Origin: Felis catus
Taxonomy: Eukaryota
Assembly (NCBI RefSeq): GCF_018350175.1
Contig: NC_058368.1
Location: 80,726,001 to 80,786,000, forward strand
Direction of reading: 5' to 3'
Length of the DNA: 60,000 bases
Below the pieces are notes generated by a model that saw only the letters and a list, made by a program, of their open reading frames with translations, was not told the DNA's origin and made no database searches. The position numbers and the translations under genes are program-made. Positions 50,271 through 60,000 of the stretch are shown one piece after another. Numbering within the stretch: the first letter of the stretch is position 1; every line of letters starts with the position of its first letter.

Positions 50271-50869
50271 ACTGTGCCTGATGTCAGCTGAACAAACACA
50301 GAAAGGGCCGGGCCCTGTTCCCTCTATGCACTGCAAGCCATTCTGGGGGATGGGGGGGAGGTACAAACGGATGGCGGGGGCTGGGGAAGTTCTGAGAACC
50401 CCCACCCCCCACCTGGCAATTCTATCCAAGATCAAATGTAGACAGGGTCTGTCATCTGGAGCTGATGGCATTCTGAAAGTTCCTGTTAGATCTTCTCAGA
50501 CACATAATTGACTCACCTCTACAGAAACGGGTATTTATTCAAATCAAATTACCAACGTAACAAGAAAACAATGCAGGTTGGGACCCAAGCAAAAAAAAAA
50601 AAAGTAAAATCAGCAGTTTCATTGTGATGGCCTTTTTTTTAAGTTAGCAATTACCTTACTGTTTCTATATGCTTTGAAACTGCCATTAAAACTTTCGTTG
50701 CTCATATAAAATCCACCTTGTAATCATTAAATTTCAAAAGTTTAGTTTTCTCTAAGCTGATTAGAATAAATGTAAAAATGCTAAAAAGAAAGTAAAAATC
50801 ACCCAAAGGCAACTGTTTTTTTTTTCACTTCATAGGTAGATTTACAGCCATTTGAATCAACCTTATTTT

Positions 50870-51084
50870 TTTTTAATTTATTTTTTAATGTTTATTTTTG
50901 AGACAGAGCATAAGCAGGGGAGGGGCAGAGAGAGAGAGAGAGAGAGGGAGACACAGAATCCGAAGCAGCTCCAGGCTCCGAGCTGTCAGCACAGAACCCG
51001 ACGTGGGCCTCGGACCCACAAACTGTGAGATCATGACCTGAGCCAAAGTCAGATGCTTAACTCACTGAGTCACCCAGGCGCCCC
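50870..51084 (-). mobile_element. Felid CAN-SINE
   Basis: Full body flanked on both sides by aaccttatttt (TSD). Confidence 0.96.
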
Positions 51085-51099
51085 AACCTTATTTTGCTT

Positions 51100-51460
51100 T
51101 TAAAATTACTTTTTAAAACATTTTTAGATGAAGTACAGTAACATAATATGTTAGTTTCAGGCGTGCAGCATGGCAATTTCATAATTATACACATTATGAA
51201 ATATTCACAAGCGTGGTTCCCATCTGTCACCGCACAGTTACTGTGACAGTATTGACTGTGTCCCATGCTTACTCTCTACCCCCCTGACTTACCTGTTTTA
51301 TCCCTGCAAATCTGTACCCTAACTCCCTTCACCTGTGTCACCATCCGCCCTCACCCCCGGCCACCGTTCTCTTAGATGCCACATGTAATGCAGTCCTAAG
51401 GCGTTCCCGTTTCTGACTTCTTTCACTCGGTGTCATGCTCTCCAGGTCTGCTTTTAATCC
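51100..51460 (-). mobile_element. L1 3' UTR and ORF2 end (L1MA9/L1_Carn-like)
   Basis: Segments ttagtttcaggcgtgcagcat, catctgtcacc, tattgactgtgtcccatgct, ttagatgccacatgtaa and tctgacttctttcactcggtgtcatgctctccaggtc. Confidence 0.8.
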
Positions 51461-51559
51461 TTGCCGTCTTTGTACTCCTCTCGCCGCGTGTAAGCTGCTC
51501 CCATCTACGGGAAGGTTTTGGCCCAAAGTCTCTGCGTTCGCAGGAGAAAAACAAAAAGG

Positions 51560-53150
51560 TTCGGCAGGTAGCGGGTTTGGATGTCCTCCCGCCCGGATGT
51601 CTTGAGGCGCTGGTGTGCGATACACAGGGCACCGTCCTCGGCGGGCGGACTGTCCCCGGCGGGGGCTTCTGACGCAGGGACCCTTCCCTTCCCGGTGCGT
51701 CGGGAAACGCGTGCCTCTCGCCTCTTCTGCCGAGCTGAAATTCCACATTTAGAGCTTTACTCCTTTGGCACAACACTGCCACTCCGCGTCCAAGTTGCTA
51801 GAGCTTGTGTTGGCCTTGTGACGCTCACCTGCTCGCGGCAGGAGCAGCTCTGGGGTAAGGGGTGAGTGAGGCGGGTACCTGCGGCTGGCGGGGGCGGGGG
51901 CGGGGGGGGGGTGGGTGGTGGTGGAGGTCACCGAGAGGTCGTGACCCCGGCTGACCCAGGAGCTGCCTGGGCCAGAAGCTTCTCACGCGGCTTCCCTCTC
52001 CCACCTGGGGGCCCTGTTCGAGAACAGCCTTGCGGAGTCCCTCAGGTCCCCACCACGAGGGGCCTTTGCAGGGGGCGCGAGGCGGAGGGCGTGACGGGTA
52101 CGGAGATATCAGCGCGAGGAGGCGGGCGTGGGAGGCTGTGCGTGAGGGCGTGAGGAGGCGGGGCTGCGGGGCGAACTTGCGACCAGAGGAGGCAGGCGTC
52201 CCGAGGGCTGGCGTGGGGGAGGCGGGCTGAACAGGCTTGCCAGGCGGGAGCACGCTGCCCTGCGTGGGACCCGCGCGGTGTGCGGAGAGGGGTGAGTAGG
52301 ACAGGCCGTGAGAAGGGGCCGCGCGCGCGGCGGGGGGCACGTGTGGGCAGACGGACGCCAGTCCTGGGGCGCGGGGAGGACGGCGGGCGCAGGTGGGCAT
52401 GGTGGCGTCAGCGCGCGTGGCGGGAGAGGCGTGGCGGGTGAGGCGCGGGGTGTGCGCGGCGTGCCCCAGTTGGCGGGACTTTTCCGGAAGCGGGGCCGCT
52501 TGGCAGACGGGTGACCCAGAGTGAAGTTCCCCGGCCGGGCAGGGAAAGAGCGGACGGGCTGCCGGGGGGGCACGGCCCGTGAGCGTGGACTCTTGATCTC
52601 GGCTCAGGCCCCGATTTTGGGGTTCGGGGGGAGTCGATCCCCGGCATCGGGCTCTGCGCTGGGAGTGGAGCCTGCTTGGGATCCTCTCCCCACCTCTCTG
52701 CGCCTCCTCCCCCTCTTCCCCCCCCAATGCTCTGTGTCTCTCCCAAAATAAATCAACATTAAAAAGGGCAGACGATTGTGTCAGCCTTGGTGGAGGGAAG
52801 GACGCGGGGTTCACATGCACGAGAGTGTGATTTTCTCTGGGACTCGGACACTCACTTGGCCCCGGGCCTCGCGTCCCTGAGGGGTCTCAAAGCCCGCGGA
52901 GCTGGCCAAGTGTCCACGAGAAAAGCGTCGGCGAGCCTCGCGCAAGCGCGGCGTGTCGGGAGCGGCCGGGTGGCTGAGAAGGAGCGTGCGCAGCCTGCAC
53001 ATGTCGGCAGAGACATCCGCTCGCCGCCGGGTGGAGGCCGAGAAGCCCCAGGATCTCTGGGCAGCGGGTTGAGGCACAGGCGCACCCGTGGCGTGTTCCG
53101 CTGTGAGAGCACAGGCACCCAGGATGAGCCGGTATTCCGGTTCGCGTTTG
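51560..53150. promoter_or_regulatory. Orphan CpG island with GC boxes, an ETS motif and a G4-forming run
   Basis: Very high CpG and GC density compared with the flanks (cgcgcgcgcgg, gcgcgcgtggcggg). GGGGCGGGG boxes at ~51890-51905 and TTCCGGAAG at 52482-52490. No coding exon recognised. Confidence 0.75.
52557..52765 (+). mobile_element. Older CAN-SINE embedded in the CpG island, head strongly GC-shifted
   Basis: gactcttgatctcggctcagg...ggagcctgcttgggatcctctc...aaaataaatcaacattaaaaa. Degenerate TSD aaagagcggacg / aaagggcagacg. Confidence 0.88.
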
Positions 53151-53415
53151 AAGCCTGCAAAACACCAGCCTCCCTGCTCATCAGGCAGCCGGGGAGGGCT
53201 TCCCTCTCTCCCAGCCTTTTCGTGCTATGCAGGCCTTCATCTGATGAGGCGTGGCCCACCCACCCCAGGGAGCATGAGCTGCTTTACTCAGCCCCCCAGC
53301 CCACATGTTAACCTCACTCAGAAATGCTCTGGCAGACGCAACCGGAGTAATGTCGGGCCACATATCTGCCTGCTTGGTGGCCCAGTCCAGTTGGCATATG
53401 AAGTTAATCATCACA
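52930..53415 (-). mobile_element. MLT2 (ERVL) LTR, left part GC/CpG-enriched
   Basis: The end tggcccagtccagttggcatatgaagttaatcatcaca and internal ctgctttactcag, gcccacccac and tggaggccgagaagccccaggatct match MLT2 antisense. Compare with the MLT2 copies at 7373 and 25895. Confidence 0.75.
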
Positions 53416-53581
53416 GTGTCTTTAAACAGAAACACACATAAAGGATGGTCACCTATTGATATCCTGACCAAAATGTTGTGACCTGAGGTTCTCAGGAACC
53501 CAACCCTGTGCTGCCCCAGGGGTAGTGGTATAGCATTCACTAATTCAGTTTTCAGGGCAGCTTCACAGAACACAGCTACCA
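53416..53581 (+). mobile_element. MER82 3' fragment
   Basis: gtgtctttaaacagaaacacacataaa...aaaatgttgtgacc...ggaacccaaccctgtg...ctaattcagt is similar to 40810-40960 in this window. Confidence 0.78.
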
Positions 53582-53582
53582 T

Positions 53583-53790
53583 GGGGCGTCTGGGTGGCTC
53601 CGTCGGTTGAGCGTCTGACTTCAGCTCAGGTCATGATCTTACCGTTTATGGGGTTCAGGCCTCCCGTCCAGCTCTGTGCTGACAGCTTGGAGCCTCGCGC
53701 CTGCTTCGGATCCTATGTCTGCCTCTCTCTCTGCCCCTTCCCGGCTCACACTCTGTCTCTCTCTCTTTCTCAAAAATGGATAAACGTTAA
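53583..53790 (+). mobile_element. Felid CAN-SINE
   Basis: ggggcgtctgggtggctccgtcggttgagcgtctgacttcagctcaggtcatgatc...aaacgttaaa. Confidence 0.94.
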
Positions 53791-54081
53791 ACACACACCC
53801 ACAGAGCTACTGCAAATGACAATCAGCACCAGCCCCTGACCTGTGGTAGACCCTTCAAAGATTCCTTTATGTTCCACCATTTTTCTGATCTTACAGAAAT
53901 AAACGTGTAGAATCAAATTATATTCTGAGGGAAGAAGAGCTGGGAAAAGAAGAAAAAGGAAAAGAAAAGTTGAAACAACCATTACTCTGCTTCCATATCT
54001 CCTAATTTTGGCAGTTACCCCCAGTCGCTCTAGCTGGGCACCATTTCACACACGGTTTTGTGTAATTTTATGGATTTGGAG

Positions 54082-54262
54082 GAGTGCTATCTGATAGAAC
54101 TTTCTGTGCTGATGAAGATGGTCTTATATGTGCCGACTGCTGTCTGGTGCTGGCTGTCAGGCACTTGCAACGTGGCTAGTGTGACCAAGGAGCTGAATTT
54201 TTAGTTTCAATTCAAGTTTAACTTGCCACACCTGGCTGGTGGCTGCCATATTGGGAAGGTCT
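54082..54262. mobile_element. MER3 (hAT-Charlie) fossil
   Basis: gtgctatctgatagaactttctgtgctgatgaa...gcacttgcaacgtggctagtgtgaccaaggagctgaatttt...ggctggtggctgccatattgg. Confidence 0.75.
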
Positions 54263-54705
54263 AGTCCTCGGCAAAGGTTCTCTGGTTACCTTGCATTGTG
54301 GGCCCCAGTCACTCATCCCAAACCTCCCGAGACTGTGTGAGCTAACACAAATGGTGGGTTATGGACTCAGAACAAGTGGGAGCCAGGAGGGACTCCTCAC
54401 GGATGGGAGAGTTCGGTGGAGGTTCAGTCTGTGAGGAGTGTCCCCAATTGTTCAACAATTTTCTCTGACACCCAACGACTCTTTCCCATAGTTCCCAAGG
54501 AGGCTCAGGCGTCTGAATGTCCGTGGTACCCGCTGATGGGCATTTTCTTCTGAGCCCCCCTCTCAAGTCCTGCAGCCCCCGGGGTCCACGTCCTCCCTGC
54601 CCCAAGGCCACTCAGAACCCACAGGCACCTTGCTCCCTACAATGGCGTTTGAAAATGAACTCTTGTACTCTAAATGGAGCCTCTGTTGTTAAGATTAGAG
54701 ACTTT

Positions 54706-54919
54706 AAAAAAAATTTTTTTTTAATTTATTTTTGAGACAGAGAGAGACAGAGCATGAGCAGGGGAGGGGCAGACAGAGGGGGAATCACAGAATCCGAAGC
54801 AGGCTCCAGGCTCTGAGCTGTTGGCACAGAGCCCGACACGGGGCTTGAACTCACGGAGTATGAGATCATGACCTGAGCTGAAGTCAGATGCTCAACCGAC
54901 TGAGCCCCCCAAGTGCCCC
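54706..54919 (-). mobile_element. Felid CAN-SINE with 15 bp TSD (1 mismatch)
   Basis: aagattagagacttt at 54691-54705 and aagattggagacttt at 54920-54934. Confidence 0.96.
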
Positions 54920-56989
54920 AAGATTGGAGACTTTTTGACCAAGGGAAGTAGAGACTCCGTCAGAGGTGGGTGTTGCAGGTAGACAGCCTTCTGGTTGCCG
55001 TGGGGCATGTCACCTGGCCGCTCCGTGGAAGGAGATGTGGCCGCGGTCTGTAAGGGATGGAGAGCTGTGTGAGCGGTCTTGCCTGGCGTACGAGAGAAGA
55101 TGGTTGGCGTTTACTGAGTGTTTCGTGTGCACCTGGTGCTTTGCTAAATACTGTTTCCTTCAATCTGTACAAGTGACCGGGGAAGAAGGTGCTATGGTCC
55201 TTGTTTCGTGGGTGAGGAGATGGTGGCCAAGGGAGACCCCAAAGTTGGCTGTGGTTCCACCATCAGGTGTGACACCGGGTCCCATGGGGTCTTCCGATTA
55301 AAGTGAGTGTGATGTGCTCTAGCCAGTGGCTCCCCTTCGGGCTCCAAAATCATACTTTCTTAAAGCTTGTATTCCCCCCACCGTCGTAGGAAGGAGACAT
55401 TTTGGAAAAAAAGTTTTCTCAACTCCAGACTTTCTCTTCCGTCGTCAATCTAACAAGCTGTGGAAAAGTGTCCACGAGAAGACCCTGTGACACGTAACCT
55501 GTGGGTGCTGGAGGTGGGGCTCAGAGAACCCGACCAAGGACGGCTGCATTGTTGGAGGGTGACCCTGCTCAAGATGGAGAAGGCCTTAGAACATCCCTCA
55601 GGTTTTCTAAGGATGGCAATGCCTGGAAGCTTCCAGCCCGGACCCTGCAGCCCTTGGCTGCCGCTCACCCCCAGCTTTCATTCCACCTGGTGTTCGTACA
55701 GAGTTCGCCATGCCGCCGTTCCTGCCATAAATCTCCCCTTGGTGAATTAAAGGTCTGTCTCAGCCTGCTCCGGGCCTCTGTGATATTCGTAGCAGAAAGT
55801 GGCAGAATTTACTGCCCTGCGGGGAATGGGGACCGGGCAGTGTGTTCACAGGACAGTAGCAAGATTTCTCCTCATGTGTTGCCTGCAGAATAAGGGGGCA
55901 GGTAATTAATGGTGTCACGTGATTACAGGGAGTTAATGTGGAAATCGATGCCAGACTGAGAACTACCCCCCGCTCCCCAAGGGTCCACTCCACCTGCTTT
56001 CAAGCCACCAGGCACTCCCGGCTGACCATGGCCTCACTGTGGAAATGGGACTGCTCCACGCCTCCTTGTGTTACCTGTGCCTGCAGGTGCCCAGTCAGGA
56101 AGGCAGTCGCTGTGATGTGCAGTTCTTTACACAGAAGGGCTTTGTGTTTTGTGAGCGCCTTTATAACATGCTGCGCTGGGGGTTGAGGGAGGTGTTGGAG
56201 AACGGAGTCTTTTGGGCAGGTCTCAGCGATTACAGGATGGTCTGCTCTACGCATCTGCCTGAGGACATGTGAACACAGAGGCACTAGTGACAGGCTTGTC
56301 CTTTCCTGTCCAAGCTATGGCCAAGATAACCTCAGAGAGAGGACTTTGAAAACCATCCTTGTGTTCAGACTCTGCAGCCACCGAAGTCCACTGGGTCAGC
56401 AGAGTCCCGCTTTGTGTCTGTGCACTTGTAATGAACCAACCTTTGCTGAGTTACTTAGACTTTCTTGTACAGAGAGGAAGTCCTTTGCTCTTTTCCTCGG
56501 GCATACGGTTACACGTTATATGACGGGTTGTTAGTCTAAATTTTTCACAACCAGTAGGGCCTGGGAACCCACTGGCCAGGAAGGATGGCCACGGTGAGCA
56601 TCTGTACAGCGGTTTCCTGGGTCATTGTCAGCTTTGCAGCCAGGGTTCGCTGAATCGAGTTGAGAGTGCAAGAGGGGCTTTCTTTTTGCTTTGAGTCCCC
56701 GGTATCTTATGTTCTGCATTAAACCATTTTTTTTGGTATATACTATAGTTCAGTATTCTTCATTGAAAACTAACGATCCTCTCTCCAGAAAAAGGTACGC
56801 ACACATCCCAGAGCTTACAAATTGAGGTGTTCTTAGACTCACTGGGGTTCTTCTGTACCATGGAACTCTTGAGCTGCGGTGCTGAGAAACACAAGAGCAC
56901 ATTCTGTTCCCTCCCTTGCAGGCATTGGAATTCCTGTTAGTGGAATCAGAGAGAGCATTCAGCTGTCATGATTGGGAAGAACTGTAGAA

Positions 56990-58180
56990 GGGGTGAATTT
57001 TACTTTTAAATAATTTTGGCCAATGCGGATGTAGTTGCAGACTTAAAACCTGCACCAGTCCAGTAGCCTTGCATATGCTCTTTAGTTAGGTTCATCATTT
57101 ACGTTTTGTACCACTCATCATTTTCTCTCCACACACACACGCGCAGTTGGAACCATTTGAGATTAAGTCAAGCCGCTACCCCAGTGTGCACTTACTATGA
57201 ACAAGACATTCCTCCACACACACAGACTGTACTTAGCAACACTGGGAAACTTAACGTTTACCCGGTCGTACTATTAAATCAGTGGTTTGCCAGGTGAGGT
57301 CCCTGGATCAGCAGTGTCACCATCTCCTAGAAACATGTTGGAAATGCGTATTTGCACCCCCCCCCCCAGACCTGCTGAATCAGAAACTCTGGGGGGAGGG
57401 AGCTGGTCAGCAAGCTTTGCCAGGCTTTCCTGGGATTCAGACATGGTGAGGGATTTAGTACCATAAGTCTAACGCACAGGCAACGTTCAGATGCCACCAC
57501 TTGGCCCAGGGACATCGAATACAGCTATTTCTCCTATCCAGCTCTGACCCACGGTCAGTAAGTGCATATAGGTGGCTTGTTTCTTTCGTGTTCTTCAATC
57601 CAGAACAGTTCCGTAGCTTTTCCTGGGCTTTCTTGACCTTGATGTTTTCGAAGATAGGCCATGTTTTGGATTTGTCAGGTGCTTCTGCCATGGGGCATGG
57701 CTGTTGTTCCAGCACCTTGTCTCCCTCCGGGAGGCCTGAGGTTGGTTGCTCTAACCCTGGGCATGTTGGCTCTGAGCATTTGGTTAAGGTGGTGCCTCTC
57801 AGGATTCTTTACTGTGCAGTTACATTTTACTGTATTAGTAATTTGTTGACACATACATTTGGACATACTCTGTACCTCATTCAACTTTTATCCACAATTT
57901 TAGCACCTTTTGGTGATTTTCTAACCCCTCATTTCTTCTAGGTCTATTACTTAGGTATTTTTTATTGACGTAATGTGATATAACACAACATGACAAAACG
58001 TATGTCTTGCAGAGACAAACATGGGCATTCCACTGTAAGGAAGAGCTTTCTCTCCCCCTACCCCATTTATTATTTATTTACATCTGTACAGATTCTTTAA
58101 TTCTTGTTTACTCAGTGGGTTATAACCCATCACCATCATTTTTTATCTTGTTCAAAATGACGTTCCAGAGTTGGCCAGTC
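56990..58180 (-). mobile_element. Ancient L1MC-type 3' fragments
   Basis: Segments ggaaccatttgagattaagt, aacaagacattcctccacac, ctttcgtgttcttcaatccagaacagttcc, gagcatttggttaaggtggtg and attccactgtaaggaagagctttc. Confidence 0.65.
57280..57425. mobile_element. MER5A (hAT-Charlie) fossil
   Basis: cagtggtttgcc...ggtccctggatcagcagtgtcaccatctcctagaaacatgttggaaatgc...ccccagacctgctgaatcagaaactctgggg. Confidence 0.8.
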
Positions 58181-58379
58181 ACTGGGGTGGGGGGGGGGGA
58201 GCATGAAACTTACATTATTGTTGTATGACCTCGTGGTCATGAGAGGCTGAGGTTCTGAAAGTTCTGATCACCTCCCCACAATCCTGGAACTTGACATCAG
58301 GAAAGGATATTTTGGTGACTAGAACTATAAGTGTGTTGCTGTGGTCACAAACGTCCCCCTAACCGCTATATCCGATGGA

Positions 58380-58870
58380 GACTTTCTATTTCCCTTGCTT
58401 GTGCCCCTCTAGAGCATTCAACCCCGTTGACAACACCCTCCTTGAAACTCCCCCTACCCCCTTGGCCTCCGTGGTACCACTTCCTCTGGTTCTACTTCTC
58501 ACTGCTGCTTTCTCGCTCTCTTTAGGGACGTCCCTTGAACAGCTGGCCCCTGTTTAAAGTCCTGGATAAGTGAGCCCTCTCTGTTCCCATAGTGCCTACA
58601 CCCCGGCTCCCTCGCTAACTTCCATGACTTTGGTTGCTGCTGCGAGGTTCATATCTTCCAAAGAATTACAAGCACGATTTCCCAAACTCCAGGCTGGATG
58701 TCAGAGCGGCTTACCTACCTCCACTGCAGTGTCCATGAGCACCTAACCTGATTGTTCTCTGCCCAACTTAATGTTCCTCTTTGACCTGCTCTCACAGATA
58801 ATGCTGCTGCCATTTGCCTGTTACCCAAGCCAGAGTCACCCCAGGTGCTTTTCTTTCCTTCAACTGTTGT
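58380..58870 (+). mobile_element. L2 fragment
   Basis: Segments agcattcaaccccgttgacaacaccctccttgaaactc, ctctggttctacttctc, ttccatgactttg and gttacccaagccaga resemble the L2 RT and 3' region. Confidence 0.6.
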
Positions 58871-60000
58871 CTAATATTGTAGGCATAGAATTATAGTCTA
58901 GTAACCAAAAGTCCCAGAATCTTTAATGCAGTGCCGAATAGAAGTTATAATTCTAAATTGAAGTTTGAGACAACAGAAAACCATTGCTCTGAGAGAACAA
59001 ATCTTGGGATAGCCATTGTGTCTTGTTAGGGAGATAAAGAATAAGCCAGTGAATATTTACATGACCGTTACTTTAAAAATCCAAGTTAAAACTGTATGCG
59101 TTGTGTATCTTTTATCATGAAGCTGAGTTTATCACTGTGTTTAGGAAGAACAGAAAGTATTTTCCCACAGTTGTTGAAAGTCCTGTTTTACTAGTTATAA
59201 AATGCTGAGGTGTAACCTGGAGAAAAATGTTCCGTTTAGAAGTCTATTTTTCTTAAAATCTTTGTTGTAGAAATAGAGTTATTTTAATTAAAGATTACCT
59301 TTGTCAGAGCTAGATTTTACTGATCTACATTGGGATAATTAACGCAATAGTTTTGGTTCCCCCAAGCCTCTCTGTGTTTCTCTTTTGTGTATCATGATCT
59401 TGTTGCCCCTTATCCTTAAGCACCTCTTTGCAACAAGCCTTGTGGCTTTTGCAGACTAGTTCTGTTAAAAACCAAAGTCAAGGTTAGCTGCACCCCATCG
59501 ATTCCCTGTGTTGTCACTGTGTTTCACAGCTGTCCCCATCCTGTGGGAAGAGCTGCCCTCTAGCTGGGGCGGTTCCACTGGTCTCCTGGGTTGTGTCGCT
59601 GAGCCTGGCATGCAGCCCTCACCGACCCCAGTGTGACTGCAGCCAACGTAAACCTGCCTACTCTGTGCCTCTCTTGGGAACTGTTTAGTGTCTTTCCACC
59701 TGGTGCGTGCTGGCTTGTTTGGGTTGACATCCATGACTCCCCACTGGTCCTGGCAGCCCCATTGCTTTTGCTCTTGCAAATGCCCCCATGATCTGTCACC
59801 TTCCAGTACTTACCGTCCCCCATGTAGCATACCCTGCCTGCTTACTGCTTCTTCCTTTTGGGCTGCCGTCCAGGGCTCCCCCCCCCACTTCTGCCTGGCA
59901 TTCCCATTGCCCAACAGCCACCTCTAGGCCAAGCTTTTCCTTTCTGTGAACAAGCCACTGCTCTCTGCCCTTTCTGCCCTCTCCCCAAACCTTTGATTAC

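Noticed and set aside
51825..52820. 331 aa Pro/Ala/Arg-rich minus-strand ORF
   Set aside because: Stop-codon depletion in a very GC-rich island. It runs through an antisense SINE and shows no recognisable domain.
9335..54919. Recurrent peptides such as AQVMISRFVGSSP and tRNA-like A/B boxes suggesting a gene family, tRNA genes or a CRISPR-like array
   Set aside because: All are dispersed CAN-SINE copies (tRNA-derived head, CT region, A-tail, TSDs) at irregular spacing. There is no cloverleaf tRNA gene and no repeat-spacer array.
58870..59360. AT-rich stretch considered as a NUMT or processed pseudogene
   Set aside because: No mitochondrial gene, ORF, poly(A) tail or TSD recognised.

Overview
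This is mammalian (felid, cat-like) genomic DNA, judged by about 19 carnivore CAN-SINEs (SINEC_Fc type), not a prokaryotic locus. The only protein-coding sequence I can support is the last three coding exons of TEX29 on the + strand (3425-3494, 4181-4350, 5017-5057), with AATAAA at 5165-5170. The remaining ~55 kb is non-coding. By recalled human synteny it is the start of the TEX29-SOX1 gene-poor interval (13q34 in human). It contains a nested antisense L1/SINE cluster (11.4-23 kb), MaLR/ERVL/MER21-type solo LTRs, MER82, MER3 and MER5 DNA-transposon fossils, MIR and L2 fragments, a ~735 bp alternating purine-pyrimidine tract, and several repeat-free AT-rich blocks dense in TALE/HOX/SOX/POU motifs (candidate enhancers). 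The most unusual item is an orphan CpG island at ~51.6-53.1 kb. Its right half is recognisably an old SINE and an MLT2 LTR that appear shifted AT-to-GC, which suggests a GC-biased gene conversion hotspot or a newly built promoter. I found no evidence of a novel multi-gene system. Nearly all ORFs in the supplied track are artefacts of GC content or repeats. Repeat family names come from recalled consensus sequences, and their boundaries are approximate.
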